Of a DNA stretch of 64,000 nucleotides, positions 40,545 to 49,857 are shown one piece after another. How positions within the stretch are numbered: position 1 is the first letter of the stretch; each line of letters opens with the position of its first letter. Below the pieces are notes generated by a model. It was not told the DNA's origin. It saw only the letters and a program-made list of their open reading frames with translations, and did no database searches. Source of the DNA: an uncultured Arcobacter sp. (GTDB taxonomy: Bacteria; Campylobacterota; Campylobacteria; Campylobacterales; Arcobacteraceae). Position numbers and translations under genes: made by a program. Where the stretch lies: NCBI GenBank assembly GCA_965140705.1, contig OZ223301.1:32001-96000 (forward strand). The letters are read 5' to 3'.

Positions 40545-41284
40545 TGATTAAAAAGATTGATATAAATAGTGATGAGTTTCAAACAACATTTGAATTAACA
40601 AAACAGTTTACAGATAAAGTTTGTGAAGAGTATGGATTTGTTTATAATCCAGAAGATGATGTGAATGAATCTATTCAAATGGGTTTGACTAGAAATAAAC
40701 TTATATATGATAAGAGATATTGTCCATGTTTTATGGTAATAGGGGAAACTCAAGAAGAGAAAGATAAAGCTGATAATAGACTTTGTCCCTGTACACCAGC
40801 TCTTGAAAAAGAGATTCCTTCACAAGGTCATTGTCACTGTGGTATTTTTTGTACAAAAGAGTATGCTGATTCTTTAAATAGTAGTACAAAAGAAAAAGAA
40901 GAAGTTGTCCATTCTAAAGGTTTTACAAAAGAAGAGTGTGAAAATATCTTAAAAAAATCTCAAATAAGTGCAAGTGAAGTTGAAGCTTTATTGGAAGCTA
41001 GAGAATTAGGTTTTATTAACTTTAATTTAGTTGATGTAAGAGAGTGGATGGAGTGGGCAGGTCACAGAATAAAAGGGACTGACTTTTTAGTTCCAACAAC
41101 ATCTTTCTATCAATCAATAGAGGTACTTGAAGATAAAAAGGATATTCCAGTAGTAGTTTATTGTCATAGTGGAAGTAGAAGTGCTTATTGCCAAAATATT
41201 ATGTTAAGTGCTGGATTTAAAAGTGTGTGTAATTTGGATTATGGAATCATGACTTATCAAGGTGAATTGGTTTCAGGTGAATAA
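40544..41284 (+). CDS. Ferredoxin:thioredoxin reductase catalytic-subunit domain fused to a rhodanese domain
   Basis: CPC...CPC...CHC FTR motif set; C-terminal DVRE..EW..HRIKG and YCHSGSRS rhodanese active loop. Confidence 0.85.
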   Translation: MIKKIDINSDEFQTTFELTKQFTDKVCEEYGFVYNPEDDVNESIQMGLTRNKLIYDKRYCPCFMVIGETQEEKDKADNRLCPCTPALEKEIPSQGHCHCGIFCTKEYADSLNSSTKEKEEVVHSKGFTKEECENILKKSQISASEVEALLEARELGFINFNLVDVREWMEWAGHRIKGTDFLVPTTSFYQSIEVLEDKKDIPVVVYCHSGSRSAYCQNIMLSAGFKSVCNLDYGIMTYQGELVSGE

Positions 41285-41376
41285 AAAACAAAGAATATAT
41301 TTTTTATATTTCTTAAAATTAGTATAAATGCATTCTTAATAAAATTTTAATCAAAAATAAAATTCTTATAAATCCC

Positions 41377-41402
41377 ATTTCTAGGCTTTTTCGCCTAGAA
41401 AT
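41377..41402. terminator. Hairpin, probable terminator
   Basis: ATTTCTAGGC-TTTTTC-GCCTAGAAAT, perfect 10-bp stem. Confidence 0.5.
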
Positions 41403-41463
41403 AATCTAATCAGATTAAATAATCCCAAAAGTAATTTTTTAAATTCATAAATTTTTCTAAAAA

Positions 41464-41492
41464 TTGACATCAATATTTTTGTATAATATAGT
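41464..41492 (+). promoter_or_regulatory. Sigma70 promoter for the J-domain/LRR pair
   Basis: TTGACA (41464) - 17 nt - TATAGT (41487); an overlapping TATAAT at 41482. Confidence 0.6.
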
Positions 41493-41517
41493 GTAATAAT
41501 AAAGATTTAAGGCTACT

Positions 41518-42456
41518 ATGAAAGAGATTTTAAAGAGATTGGAAATCATTAAAAGTTGTATTGCTATTGAAGATGAAGAGAGTCTTTATCCCCAAGTGCA
41601 TAGACTTTACTCTTTAAAAATTGATGGAAAAGTAAAAAAAATATTAAAACTTATTGAAGAGACAAATTTTCAAGAAGTGATATCCTTGATTGATCAATAT
41701 TTAGGTCAATTTTCTAGTTTAGTAGTACATGAAGATAAAGAGATTCAAGGATTAAAACTAGAGTTGAAAGTTTTAGAAAAAGAACTTTTAGCTCTAAGTT
41801 GTAAGATTGAAGAGTATCACAATAAAATAAATGATTTCAATAGTAGATACCATAAAGAAGTTGGTGTACTAATAGAAGAAATACTTATTTTAAGAGAAGA
41901 ATATTTTGAATTTATGTATAAAAAAGATGGCAAAAAATATGAGTATCAATATTTTGAAGCAAAAAAGGACTTTGAAAACTTCCATGAAGAGGTGAAAAAG
42001 TTTAAACTAGATGATCCATATGAGCTTACAAAATTAGAAAAAACTGAACTTAAAAGGCTTTATAGAAAAGCTAGTAGATTGTGTCATCCAGATATCATTG
42101 AAGATGCTAAAAAAGATAAAGCAGAAGAGATTTTTAAAGAACTTAACTCTGCGTATCAACAAAACAACCTAAAGAAAGTATCTAGAATATTAAACAATCT
42201 TTTAAATGGAGAAAGCTTTTCATGTGAGTCAGATACTCTATTTGACAAAAATATTTTAAAAAATAAAATTGAATTAGCTAGGGAAAAAATAAAATTAGCT
42301 AAAACAGAAATTGAAATTATTAAAAAAGATGAAACTTTTAGGTTAATAAATAAAATTGATAATTTAGATGAATATATTTATGAAATGAAACAAGAGTTAA
42401 AAGAAGAGAAAGAGAACTTAGTTGCTAAAATGCGCCAATATTCAACAACAATATAA
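41518..42456 (+). CDS. Coiled-coil protein with an internal J domain
   Basis: ELKRLYRKASRLCHPD...AEEIFKELNSAY J-domain core with HPD; flanking coiled coils. Confidence 0.85.
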   Translation: MKEILKRLEIIKSCIAIEDEESLYPQVHRLYSLKIDGKVKKILKLIEETNFQEVISLIDQYLGQFSSLVVHEDKEIQGLKLELKVLEKELLALSCKIEEYHNKINDFNSRYHKEVGVLIEEILILREEYFEFMYKKDGKKYEYQYFEAKKDFENFHEEVKKFKLDDPYELTKLEKTELKRLYRKASRLCHPDIIEDAKKDKAEEIFKELNSAYQQNNLKKVSRILNNLLNGESFSCESDTLFDKNILKNKIELAREKIKLAKTEIEIIKKDETFRLINKIDNLDEYIYEMKQELKEEKENLVAKMRQYSTTI

Positions 42457-42467
42457 AAAGAGTAAAT

Positions 42468-43565
42468 ATGACTAGTAGAGCAGGACTAATAATTAGAAAT
42501 AACTCCTCTTATATGGAGCTTTACAAAAGTAAAACTTTAATATCTTACACTCAAAAAATATTGGACAATCCAATTGATAGTTTAATAGATGATTCATGGG
42601 TAGATAAGATATTTGATTGGGCAGATGAAAATAAAATTGATGAATTATATTTTATTAAAAAAGGATTTAATAATAAATATCCAAGGGGACTTCCAAGAGA
42701 TAAGAAAACTTTATTAAATCTAGAAGAGTTAAACCTTTCAAAATATAATTTGACTTATCTTCCAAAAGAGATATGTAATCTTACAAAATTAAAGAAACTA
42801 CATTTGTATAAAAATAGATTAAGGTTTATTCCAAGAGAGATTAATAATTTACAAATGTTAGTTGAACTGAGTTTATCAAAAAATAATTTATCTAGATTAC
42901 CAGATGAGATTTGTGAATTAAAAAATCTAGAAGTTTTGGCACTTTTTGAGAATTCTATTAGCTCTTTGCCAAGTAAAATTGGACAATTAAAGAATCTAAT
43001 AAAACTAAATTTATTGGGAAATGAATTAAGATTATTACCAAGTAGTATTTGTCAGTTGGAAAAATTAGATAGTTTAAGTATTTTTGATAATAAATTAGAA
43101 TCCCTACCAAGTGATATAGGAAAGCTTCAAAATCTTACAGAATTACTTGTGAACCATAATTTTTTAGTAGAATTGCCTGAAAGCATTGGAGAGTTAAAAA
43201 AACTAAAGGTATTATGGTTATATGAAAATAGACTGGAAAAACTTCCTGCTAGTATTGGGAACTTAACTGAACTAACTGATTTATGGCTTTATTCAAATAA
43301 TTTAAAAACTATTCCAAGTGAGATATCAAACTTGTCAAATTTAAAAGAGTTATGGTTATCAAATAATTGTTTGATTAGCTTACCTCATAATTTAGATAGT
43401 TTAAAAAGATTAAAAGAGTTTAACCTTTCAAATAATAACATTGCTCATTTACCTATAGAGTTATCTTATCTTAAAGATTTATCTTGGTTAGAAGTTGATA
43501 AGAGTGTACCTATAGGTAATGAATTTGATGACTTTATACAAAAAAGTATTATTAAATTTTCTTAA
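42468..43565 (+). CDS. Cytoplasmic leucine-rich-repeat protein (about 11 x 23-aa LRR)
   Basis: Consensus LxxLxxLxLxxNxLxxLPxxIxx repeated 11 times plus a partial copy; no signal peptide. Confidence 0.93.
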   Translation: MTSRAGLIIRNNSSYMELYKSKTLISYTQKILDNPIDSLIDDSWVDKIFDWADENKIDELYFIKKGFNNKYPRGLPRDKKTLLNLEELNLSKYNLTYLPKEICNLTKLKKLHLYKNRLRFIPREINNLQMLVELSLSKNNLSRLPDEICELKNLEVLALFENSISSLPSKIGQLKNLIKLNLLGNELRLLPSSICQLEKLDSLSIFDNKLESLPSDIGKLQNLTELLVNHNFLVELPESIGELKKLKVLWLYENRLEKLPASIGNLTELTDLWLYSNNLKTIPSEISNLSNLKELWLSNNCLISLPHNLDSLKRLKEFNLSNNNIAHLPIELSYLKDLSWLEVDKSVPIGNEFDDFIQKSIIKFS

Positions 43566-44629
43566 ACTGTACTATCTAAAGAGTTTATATCTTTTATTTT
43601 AGAATCAATTGAAAATTTCTTTAATAGTTGTACTATTGAGATAAAAAAGCTAACCATTGCTGGTCCTATAATCATACCCCAAAAACCAAAAGTCGATAAT
43701 CCAGCAATAATAGAGAAAAAGATTAATAGCTCATTTATATTTGCTTTTGTTTTTACTACTTTTAAATTAATGTATTTTATTATGACTGGTTTTACAAAAG
43801 TATCTGCAAAGATTGCTATTACTACAACTGAATAAATAGCTATAATTAAACCATTTGTAACAGATACGGTAAATCCTTCATATAAAGCCATAGGAAGCCA
43901 CATAATTAATCCTCCTACAACTGGAATTAAAGAGGCAAATCCATATAATACCCCAAGTAAAATTCCATCATAACCAAAAAATGTAATAAAAATCCCAAAT
44001 AAAAATCCCTCTAAAATAGCTGTTGCTAATACAGAGTATAAAACTACACTCATTACTGTTGATGATTCAAAGAATAACACACTAGCATCTTCTTTTTTCA
44101 AAGGTAAAAGACTTTTTAAATAACTTGATAGTTCAAATGAATAAAAATTAAAGAAAAAATAAAATATTAATATCATCACCATATCAATTATAAATTTTGC
44201 AGAGTTTTTACCTAAGTATGCCCCAAAAGAAAGTAGGCTTTCTATAAATTCTTTAATATTGATTTTACTTATGGCATCCATTAGTTGCTCTTTTATAATC
44301 AAAAAATCATTGGGTAAAAGAGAAACCCATGATTCAAATTTTGTTAGCATCTTAGATAAAGCCTGTTGGTCAATATTATTTATTAATGTTGCAAATGAAA
44401 ATATACAATATAACAATGGAATAAAAAATACAAATGTTAGAACAATAGTCATTAAGGTAGAAGATAAAAGTTTATTTTTAATCTTAATTGATACATTAGT
44501 ACTTAAAGTATTTGTAGCAACTGCAAGTAAAAGTGCAACTGACATTGCTTTTAGAAAAGGATTAAATAATTCAATTAGAAAATAAAAAGTTATAACTCCA
44601 ATTGAAATTAAAAAATATTGTGGTTTCAA
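43562..44629 (-). CDS. AI-2E (PerM/TqsA) family transporter
   Basis: Multiple TMs; [14 protein letters not shown], [19 protein letters not shown] motif; follows ruvB. Confidence 0.9.
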   Translation of the reverse strand: MKPQYFLISIGVITFYFLIELFNPFLKAMSVALLLAVATNTLSTNVSIKIKNKLLSSTLMTIVLTFVFFIPLLYCIFSFATLINNIDQQALSKMLTKFESWVSLLPNDFLIIKEQLMDAISKINIKEFIESLLSFGAYLGKNSAKFIIDMVMILIFYFFFNFYSFELSSYLKSLLPLKKEDASVLFFESSTVMSVVLYSVLATAILEGFLFGIFITFFGYDGILLGVLYGFASLIPVVGGLIMWLPMALYEGFTVSVTNGLIIAIYSVVVIAIFADTFVKPVIIKYINLKVVKTKANINELLIFFSIIAGLSTFGFWGMIIGPAMVSFFISIVQLLKKFSIDSKIKDINSLDSTV

Positions 44630-45642
44630 AATAGTTTACCTTCTGTAATAGGAGCTGTTAGTCTAAAAAGTTCATAGGTTTTTACACTTGCAACTCTTCC
44701 CCTTGCTGTTCTTTCAATATATCCATTAGCTAATAAATATGGCTCTATAGCATCTTCTATCGTACCTTCATCTTCACTAAGTGCCGCTGCAATTGTAGAA
44801 AGTCCCATTGGTTTTCCTCTATTTGACACAAGAAGTTCAAGTAAATTTATATCCATTTCATCAAAACCAGTTTCATTTACACCTAATTCATTAAGGGCAT
44901 ATTCACATCTTTTTAATTTAATTGTTTGTTCATTTTCTACTTCTGCAAAATCCCTCACTCTTCTTAAAAGTCTAAGGGCAATTCTAGGTGTTCCTCTACT
45001 TCTTCTTGCAATTTCTAAACTTGCATCTTTCTCACACTCTTTTTCCAGTTTTGTTCCTGCTTTTTGAATGATTTTAGATAGTTCTGGATGTGTATAAAAT
45101 TGCATTCTAAAGTGCATACCAAATCTTTCTCTTAAAGGATTTGAAAGCATTCCAGCTCTTGTCGTAGCACCAATTAGTGTAAATCTTGGTAAGTCTATTT
45201 TTACAGTTTGAGCAGCTGGACCACTTCCAATAATAATGTCCAATCGATAATCTTCCATGGCAGGATAAAGTATCTCTTCAACAGCAGGACTTAAACGATG
45301 AATTTCATCTATAAATAAAATATCACCTTCTTCAAGGTTTGTTAAAATAGCTGCCAAATCTCCTGATTTTTCAATCATAGGACCAGCTGTTATTTTTATA
45401 TTTGAGTTCATCTCATTTGAGATTAGATATGAAAGTGTAGTTTTCCCAAGTCCTGGAGGTCCATAAAATAAGATATGATCTAGGGCTTCACCCCTTTTTT
45501 TACTTGCATCGATAAAAACTCTTAGGTTTTTTTTGATTTTTTCTTGACCGATATAATCATCCCATGATGAGGGTCGTAAATTTACTTCAACTTTTTCATC
45601 TTCAAAAGATATTTGTTCTACATTTACTAATCTATCATCCAC
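44626..45642 (-). CDS. ruvB: Holliday junction branch migration helicase RuvB
   Basis: [41 protein letters not shown]. Confidence 0.98.
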   Translation of the reverse strand: MDDRLVNVEQISFEDEKVEVNLRPSSWDDYIGQEKIKKNLRVFIDASKKRGEALDHILFYGPPGLGKTTLSYLISNEMNSNIKITAGPMIEKSGDLAAILTNLEEGDILFIDEIHRLSPAVEEILYPAMEDYRLDIIIGSGPAAQTVKIDLPRFTLIGATTRAGMLSNPLRERFGMHFRMQFYTHPELSKIIQKAGTKLEKECEKDASLEIARRSRGTPRIALRLLRRVRDFAEVENEQTIKLKRCEYALNELGVNETGFDEMDINLLELLVSNRGKPMGLSTIAAALSEDEGTIEDAIEPYLLANGYIERTARGRVASVKTYELFRLTAPITEGKLF

Positions 45643-45644
45643 TA

Positions 45645-46454
45645 TTAGTATTCCTCTTCTTTACTTGGAAAAGTTTTATTTTGAACATCTTCTTTGTAGT
45701 TTTGTACAGCATTTTTTACAAGTTTTGCACCATCTAAATAGTGTCTTACAAATTTTGGCTTAAACTCTTCAAAAAATCCTAACATATCTGACCAAACTAA
45801 AACTTGTCCATCAGTCTCTTTCCCTGCTCCTATTCCAATTGTTGGTATTGAAATAGCCTGTGTAATCTCTTTTGCCACATCTCCCATAACACCTTCAATT
45901 ACTATACAAAAAGCTCCTGCTTTTTCAATTGCAATTGCATCACGAAGTAATTGCTCTTTATCTTCTTGTGTTTTACCTCTTACTTTATATCCACCTTCAC
46001 TTCTTACATATTGGGGCATAAGACCAATATGTCCCATAACTGCAATAGAATTAGATGTTAGATGGGAAATTATATCTGCTCTATCTTCTCCACCTTCTAT
46101 TTTAATAGCTGCAGCATTTGTTTCTTGGTAAACTTTTACTGCATTTTTAAGTGCTTCATCCTTATTTATGTAAGTTCCAAAAGGCATATCGATTACTACA
46201 AAAGCTTCTTTAGCACCATTGCATACTGCATTTGTATGATAAATCATTTGTTCTAAGGTAGCAGATAAAGTGTCTGTTTTCCCAGCAAAACTCATATTTA
46301 AACTATCACCTACTAAAATAATATCTGCAAGTTCTTCAAATAGTTTTGCAAAGAGTGCATCATAAGCTGTAATCATTGTAAGTTTTTTTACATTTTTAGC
46401 TTTTTTTATTTTACTAATATTCATTTTTTCAAATTCATTTTTTATAATACTCAC
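45645..46454 (-). CDS. panB: 3-methyl-2-oxobutanoate hydroxymethyltransferase
   Basis: [39 protein letters not shown]. Confidence 0.98.
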   Translation of the reverse strand: MSIIKNEFEKMNISKIKKAKNVKKLTMITAYDALFAKLFEELADIILVGDSLNMSFAGKTDTLSATLEQMIYHTNAVCNGAKEAFVVIDMPFGTYINKDEALKNAVKVYQETNAAAIKIEGGEDRADIISHLTSNSIAVMGHIGLMPQYVRSEGGYKVRGKTQEDKEQLLRDAIAIEKAGAFCIVIEGVMGDVAKEITQAISIPTIGIGAGKETDGQVLVWSDMLGFFEEFKPKFVRHYLDGAKLVKNAVQNYKEDVQNKTFPSKEEEY

Positions 46455-46646
46455 TGAATAACCCTTAATATTTATAAGTAATTATTGTATCTAAAATATC
46501 CTTTTTTTGAAAAATAGAGTAGTGTGTTATTAGATGAAAAGTTTATTTATAATGTTGCATTTATTTAATCATTTTAGGTTTCAAGTAAGATATGATAATA
46601 ATTTGTCATAAGAAAAAGGAGTGCACAATAATATCAAACTCTTTTT

Positions 46647-46671
46647 AAATCTGGGGACAGTCGCCAGATTT
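46647..46671. repeat. GC-rich REP-like palindrome, left copy
   Basis: AAATCTGGGGAC-A-GTCGCCAGATTT: 12-bp arms with one mismatch, conspicuous in AT-rich DNA. Confidence 0.7.
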
Positions 46672-47164
46672 TAGGTTTTGCAAGTTCTTTTATGTCTCCT
46701 CTTACGGAAAAAGTAGGTGGAAATAGTTTTGAAGGACATGTTGTTAGTGGTATAATTGGAGGAACAACTTCAAAAATTGCTGGTGGTAAGTTTGCGACTG
46801 GTGTCTCGACTGGTGCATTTGTTTATGGGTTTAATCATTGGGAGCATATAAGCAACTTTATTCAAGAAAGCAATTCTTGGTTTAATGAAACTATGGGAAA
46901 AGTTAGTACTTATATGAGAGGTAATTTTTAGAGGATAGTGGATATAATTAAATGGCAAGAGTAGGAAATGGTGTAATTAATATTTATGATAAATTTACAA
47001 CTAGATTTAGTAAAATGATGATAAATGTTCCCCCTGCAGTTGTATATCTAGTAGAAACGATTGAAACTATAGAAATTGTTAATGATGTTTTCAATCCAAG
47101 TACTCCTGCTTCTACATCAAAAGGGCAAGGAATTAATATAATTAGAGGATTAATAGGTGAATAA
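46668..47164 (+). pseudogene. Orphan, disrupted C-terminal fragment of an RHS-type polymorphic toxin
   Basis: ILGFASSFMSP...SGIIGGTTSKIAGGKFATGVSTGAFVYGFNH resembles the glycine-zipper GGKFANGAxTGAFxxxFN pre-toxin segment of RHS proteins; ORF 46692-46931 could continue into ORF 46952-47164 across a frameshift (T-run 46925-46929) and a TAA at 46949. Confidence 0.55.
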
Positions 47165-47351
47165 ATATATTTTTTTTACGTTTTCCTTTTTGTTATTTTT
47201 ATCTGGTATTAAATATATAATTAATCCTGTTTTTAAATTTATGCCATACAATATAATAATTGATTTTGGTGATTTTAAATGGCTTGTAGGTATTTGTTTA
47301 ATTTTGTTAGGAATCTATGGAATGACTAGCATACAAAAGAAAAAGAACTAA
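47157..47351 (+). CDS. Small two-TM protein, candidate immunity protein
   Basis: 64 aa with two hydrophobic helices (IIDFGDFKWLVGICLILLG); overlaps the end of the toxin-like ORF by 8 nt. Confidence 0.5.
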   Translation: MNKYIFFTFSFLLFLSGIKYIINPVFKFMPYNIIIDFGDFKWLVGICLILLGIYGMTSIQKKKN

Positions 47352-47357
47352 AAACAT

Positions 47358-47372
47358 TGGGGTCAGACCCCA
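47358..47372. repeat. GC-rich REP-like palindrome, right copy
   Basis: TGGGGTC-A-GACCCCA perfect inverted repeat, imperfectly extendable to 47355-47376. Confidence 0.7.
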
Positions 47373-47487
47373 TTTGACAACTTTTCTGAAATCAACCTGA
47401 ATTTCTTTCTTTATTTTTTCATTTCTGAAACTTTTTGAATCTTTATCATAATTCTAATATAATTTGCAAAATTATTTAAGGATACAG

Positions 47488-47847
47488 ATGCCAAGACGAG
47501 AACGTATTAGTGATGTTGGATTTTATCACATTGTTTGCCGTGGTGTTGAGCGTCGCAATGTATTTTTAGACTTCGATGATTTTGAACAGTTCTTAGTTCT
47601 TTTGAAAAGTGTAAAAAAGGAGTTTGATATTATTCTACATTCCTTTTGTCTTATGACAAACCATTATCATATCTTACTTGAAACAAAAGAAGATAATATT
47701 TCCCTTGCTATGAAATATCTAAATTCACATTATGCTATATATTTTAATAAAAAATACAAACGTACTTGTTATCTTTGGCAAGTGCGTTTTCATTCTGATT
47801 ATTTATATGCTGATAATCACTTTAAGTATAAGATTGAAGCTTCTTAG
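47488..47847 (+). mobile_element. Truncated REP-associated tyrosine transposase (RAYT, Y1/HUH family)
   Basis: MPRRER...FYHIVCRG.ERRNVF...FCLMTNHYHILL (HUH)...YFNKKYKR..LWQ.RF; ends before the expected catalytic YxxxNP; uses CGT/CGC/CGA Arg codons, unlike the AGA bias of neighbours. Confidence 0.82.
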
Positions 47848-47989
47848 TCAATATGAAAATTCAAAAAATATTAGATAAGAAGAAATATAAAAAATCATTT
47901 TAAATCTAATTGTAGAGCTTATTCTCATATCTCTCCAAGATAAAATTAGATAGAATAATTAAAAATTAATATTTTATTAGGATTATATT

Positions 47990-48730
47990 TTGAAAAAACT
48001 TGTTGGATATATTACAGCAGCATTGCCTGAAAATAACTTTACAGTAGATTTAGCTTTAAATATGAAAGATGCAGGTGTTGATATTTTAGAGTTAGGTATT
48101 CCTTTTACTGATCCTGTAGCTGATGGTCCAGTAATTGAAAAAGCAAATTTAATAGCATTAAAAAATGGTTTTAAATTAAAAGATTTATTTGAAGTTTCAA
48201 GTAAAATTGCTCCTGAGATGAAAACATTGTGGATGGGTTATGCTAATCCCTTTTATCATTATGGAATAGAAAAGTTTTTTGCAAAAGCACAAGAGTTTGG
48301 AGTAAAAGGTGCTATTGTTCCTGATTTCCCTTTTGAAGAGACTTTAAAATATAATAAATTAGCTAGTCATTATGAACAGGCTTTAATTTCTTTTGTAGCT
48401 CCAACTCATAGTGAAAATAGAATCAAAAAAGTAGTTGAACACTCAAAAGAGTTTGTTTATATGGTAGCTTATGCCGGGATTACAGGAAGTGGGATAGAAG
48501 AAGATTTAAGTGATATTATCGATAATGTTAGAAAGTACACTAAAACTCCTTTATTTATAGGATTTGGAGTAGATGAAAAAACTGCAAAAGCAAAAGCAAA
48601 GAATGTTGATGGTGTAATTGTAGGATCTGCTTTTGTAAAACATTTGATAGATGATAGTTTAAGTAATAGTGAAAAAATCCAAAGAATAACTGCAATAGCA
48701 AAAGAGATAAAAGAAAAAATAAACGAGTAA
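47990..48730 (+). CDS. trpA: Tryptophan synthase alpha subunit
   Basis: ELGIPFTDPVADGPVIE, GITG, IGFGV, DGVIVGSA. Confidence 0.96.
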   Translation: MKKLVGYITAALPENNFTVDLALNMKDAGVDILELGIPFTDPVADGPVIEKANLIALKNGFKLKDLFEVSSKIAPEMKTLWMGYANPFYHYGIEKFFAKAQEFGVKGAIVPDFPFEETLKYNKLASHYEQALISFVAPTHSENRIKKVVEHSKEFVYMVAYAGITGSGIEEDLSDIIDNVRKYTKTPLFIGFGVDEKTAKAKAKNVDGVIVGSAFVKHLIDDSLSNSEKIQRITAIAKEIKEKINE

Positions 48731-48736
48731 GTAGTA

Positions 48737-49474
48737 ATGCAATTGATAGATGATGAATTAGAATTTGTAGAGAATAATAAAGATTGTTCTTATTTTGACA
48801 ATGAAATATCTGATATAAGATACAGATACTTAAAAAGTTGTACAGCAGAAGATTACCAAAACATGCTTGAGCATGGGTGGAGAAGATTTGGAAGAATGCA
48901 CTTTGTTCCAGAGTGTAAAAATTGTACAAAATGTATAAGTATTAGAATTGACGTTGCAAATTATAAATTCTCTAAATCAGAAAAAAGGGTAATGGCAAAA
49001 AATAAAGACACAAAAGTCTATATTCAACCCCCTTCAATTTCTGTAGATCATCTAAATTTGTATGATAAATATCATAAATTTATGAATGATAAAAAATCAT
49101 GGCCTTATGCACCAATAGAACCAATAGAATATAGTAGATCTTATATTGATGGTAAAACTTCATATACAAAAGAGTTTTTGTATATGAGAGATGATAAATT
49201 AATAGGTGTAGCTCTAACTGATATTTTAGATAAATCTATCTCTTCTATTTATTGTTTTTATGACCATGATTATGAAAAGTTTTCTATTGGCAAGTTTTCA
49301 ATTTTGGCTCAAATAAAGATTGCGAAACAACTAAAAATCCCTTATATTTACTTGGGATATTGGATAAAAGACCATTTTTCTATGGGTTATAAAGAATCAT
49401 ATACCCCCTTTGAAGTACTAGAAAATAGGGCCTCCTTAGATGAAGAGACTATTTGGAATAAATATAAGGTATAA
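48737..49474 (+). CDS. Arginyl/leucyl-tRNA-protein transferase (ATE/Bpt family)
   Basis: CSYF, GWRRFG, C..C..CISIR, SSIYCFYD, YIYLGYWI, MGYK. Confidence 0.9.
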   Translation: MQLIDDELEFVENNKDCSYFDNEISDIRYRYLKSCTAEDYQNMLEHGWRRFGRMHFVPECKNCTKCISIRIDVANYKFSKSEKRVMAKNKDTKVYIQPPSISVDHLNLYDKYHKFMNDKKSWPYAPIEPIEYSRSYIDGKTSYTKEFLYMRDDKLIGVALTDILDKSISSIYCFYDHDYEKFSIGKFSILAQIKIAKQLKIPYIYLGYWIKDHFSMGYKESYTPFEVLENRASLDEETIWNKYKV

Positions 49475-49510
49475 TAAAATCACTTTTGTTCAATTATTTT
49501 AAGGATACTT

Positions 49511-49849
49511 ATGAAAAAATTATTTTTAACGGCACTTTTAGCATTTTCATCTTGTTTTGGAAGTGATTCTACAGGAAGTGAAGTTGATTGTTTAGTAATT
49601 AAAGAAGAGAATTCAATTATTTGCAAATATATGACTCGAAGATCGATAGAAGATAGATTTGTAAAAGTTGAATGGATTAATCCAGAGGGTGAGATTTCAA
49701 GAACTAGAAATGTACTTTTACCTTCAGGTCATGGTTCTGTTTATGATTTTAGATACTTAAGTGGTAGAGAAATAGGTGTTTGGAATTTTAGAGTGACAGA
49801 TAAAGACCAAGTTTTTAATACAACTTTTGAAATTAAAGCAGAAGAATAG
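49511..49849 (+). CDS. Hypothetical exported beta-sandwich protein
   Basis: Signal peptide; EWINPEG and GVWNFRV Ig-like pattern. Confidence 0.7.
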   Translation: MKKLFLTALLAFSSCFGSDSTGSEVDCLVIKEENSIICKYMTRRSIEDRFVKVEWINPEGEISRTRNVLLPSGHGSVYDFRYLSGREIGVWNFRVTDKDQVFNTTFEIKAEE

Positions 49850-49857
49850 TTACACTG

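Noticed and set aside
46770..46958. Minus-strand 62-aa ORF in the islet
   Set aside because: Antisense to the toxin-like frame, which has the recognisable motif.
47464..47847. Calling the transposase a classical IS200/IS605 element with tnpB
   Set aside because: The N-terminal MPR..R and YH...RG pattern fits RAYT better; no tnpB follows and the ORF is truncated.
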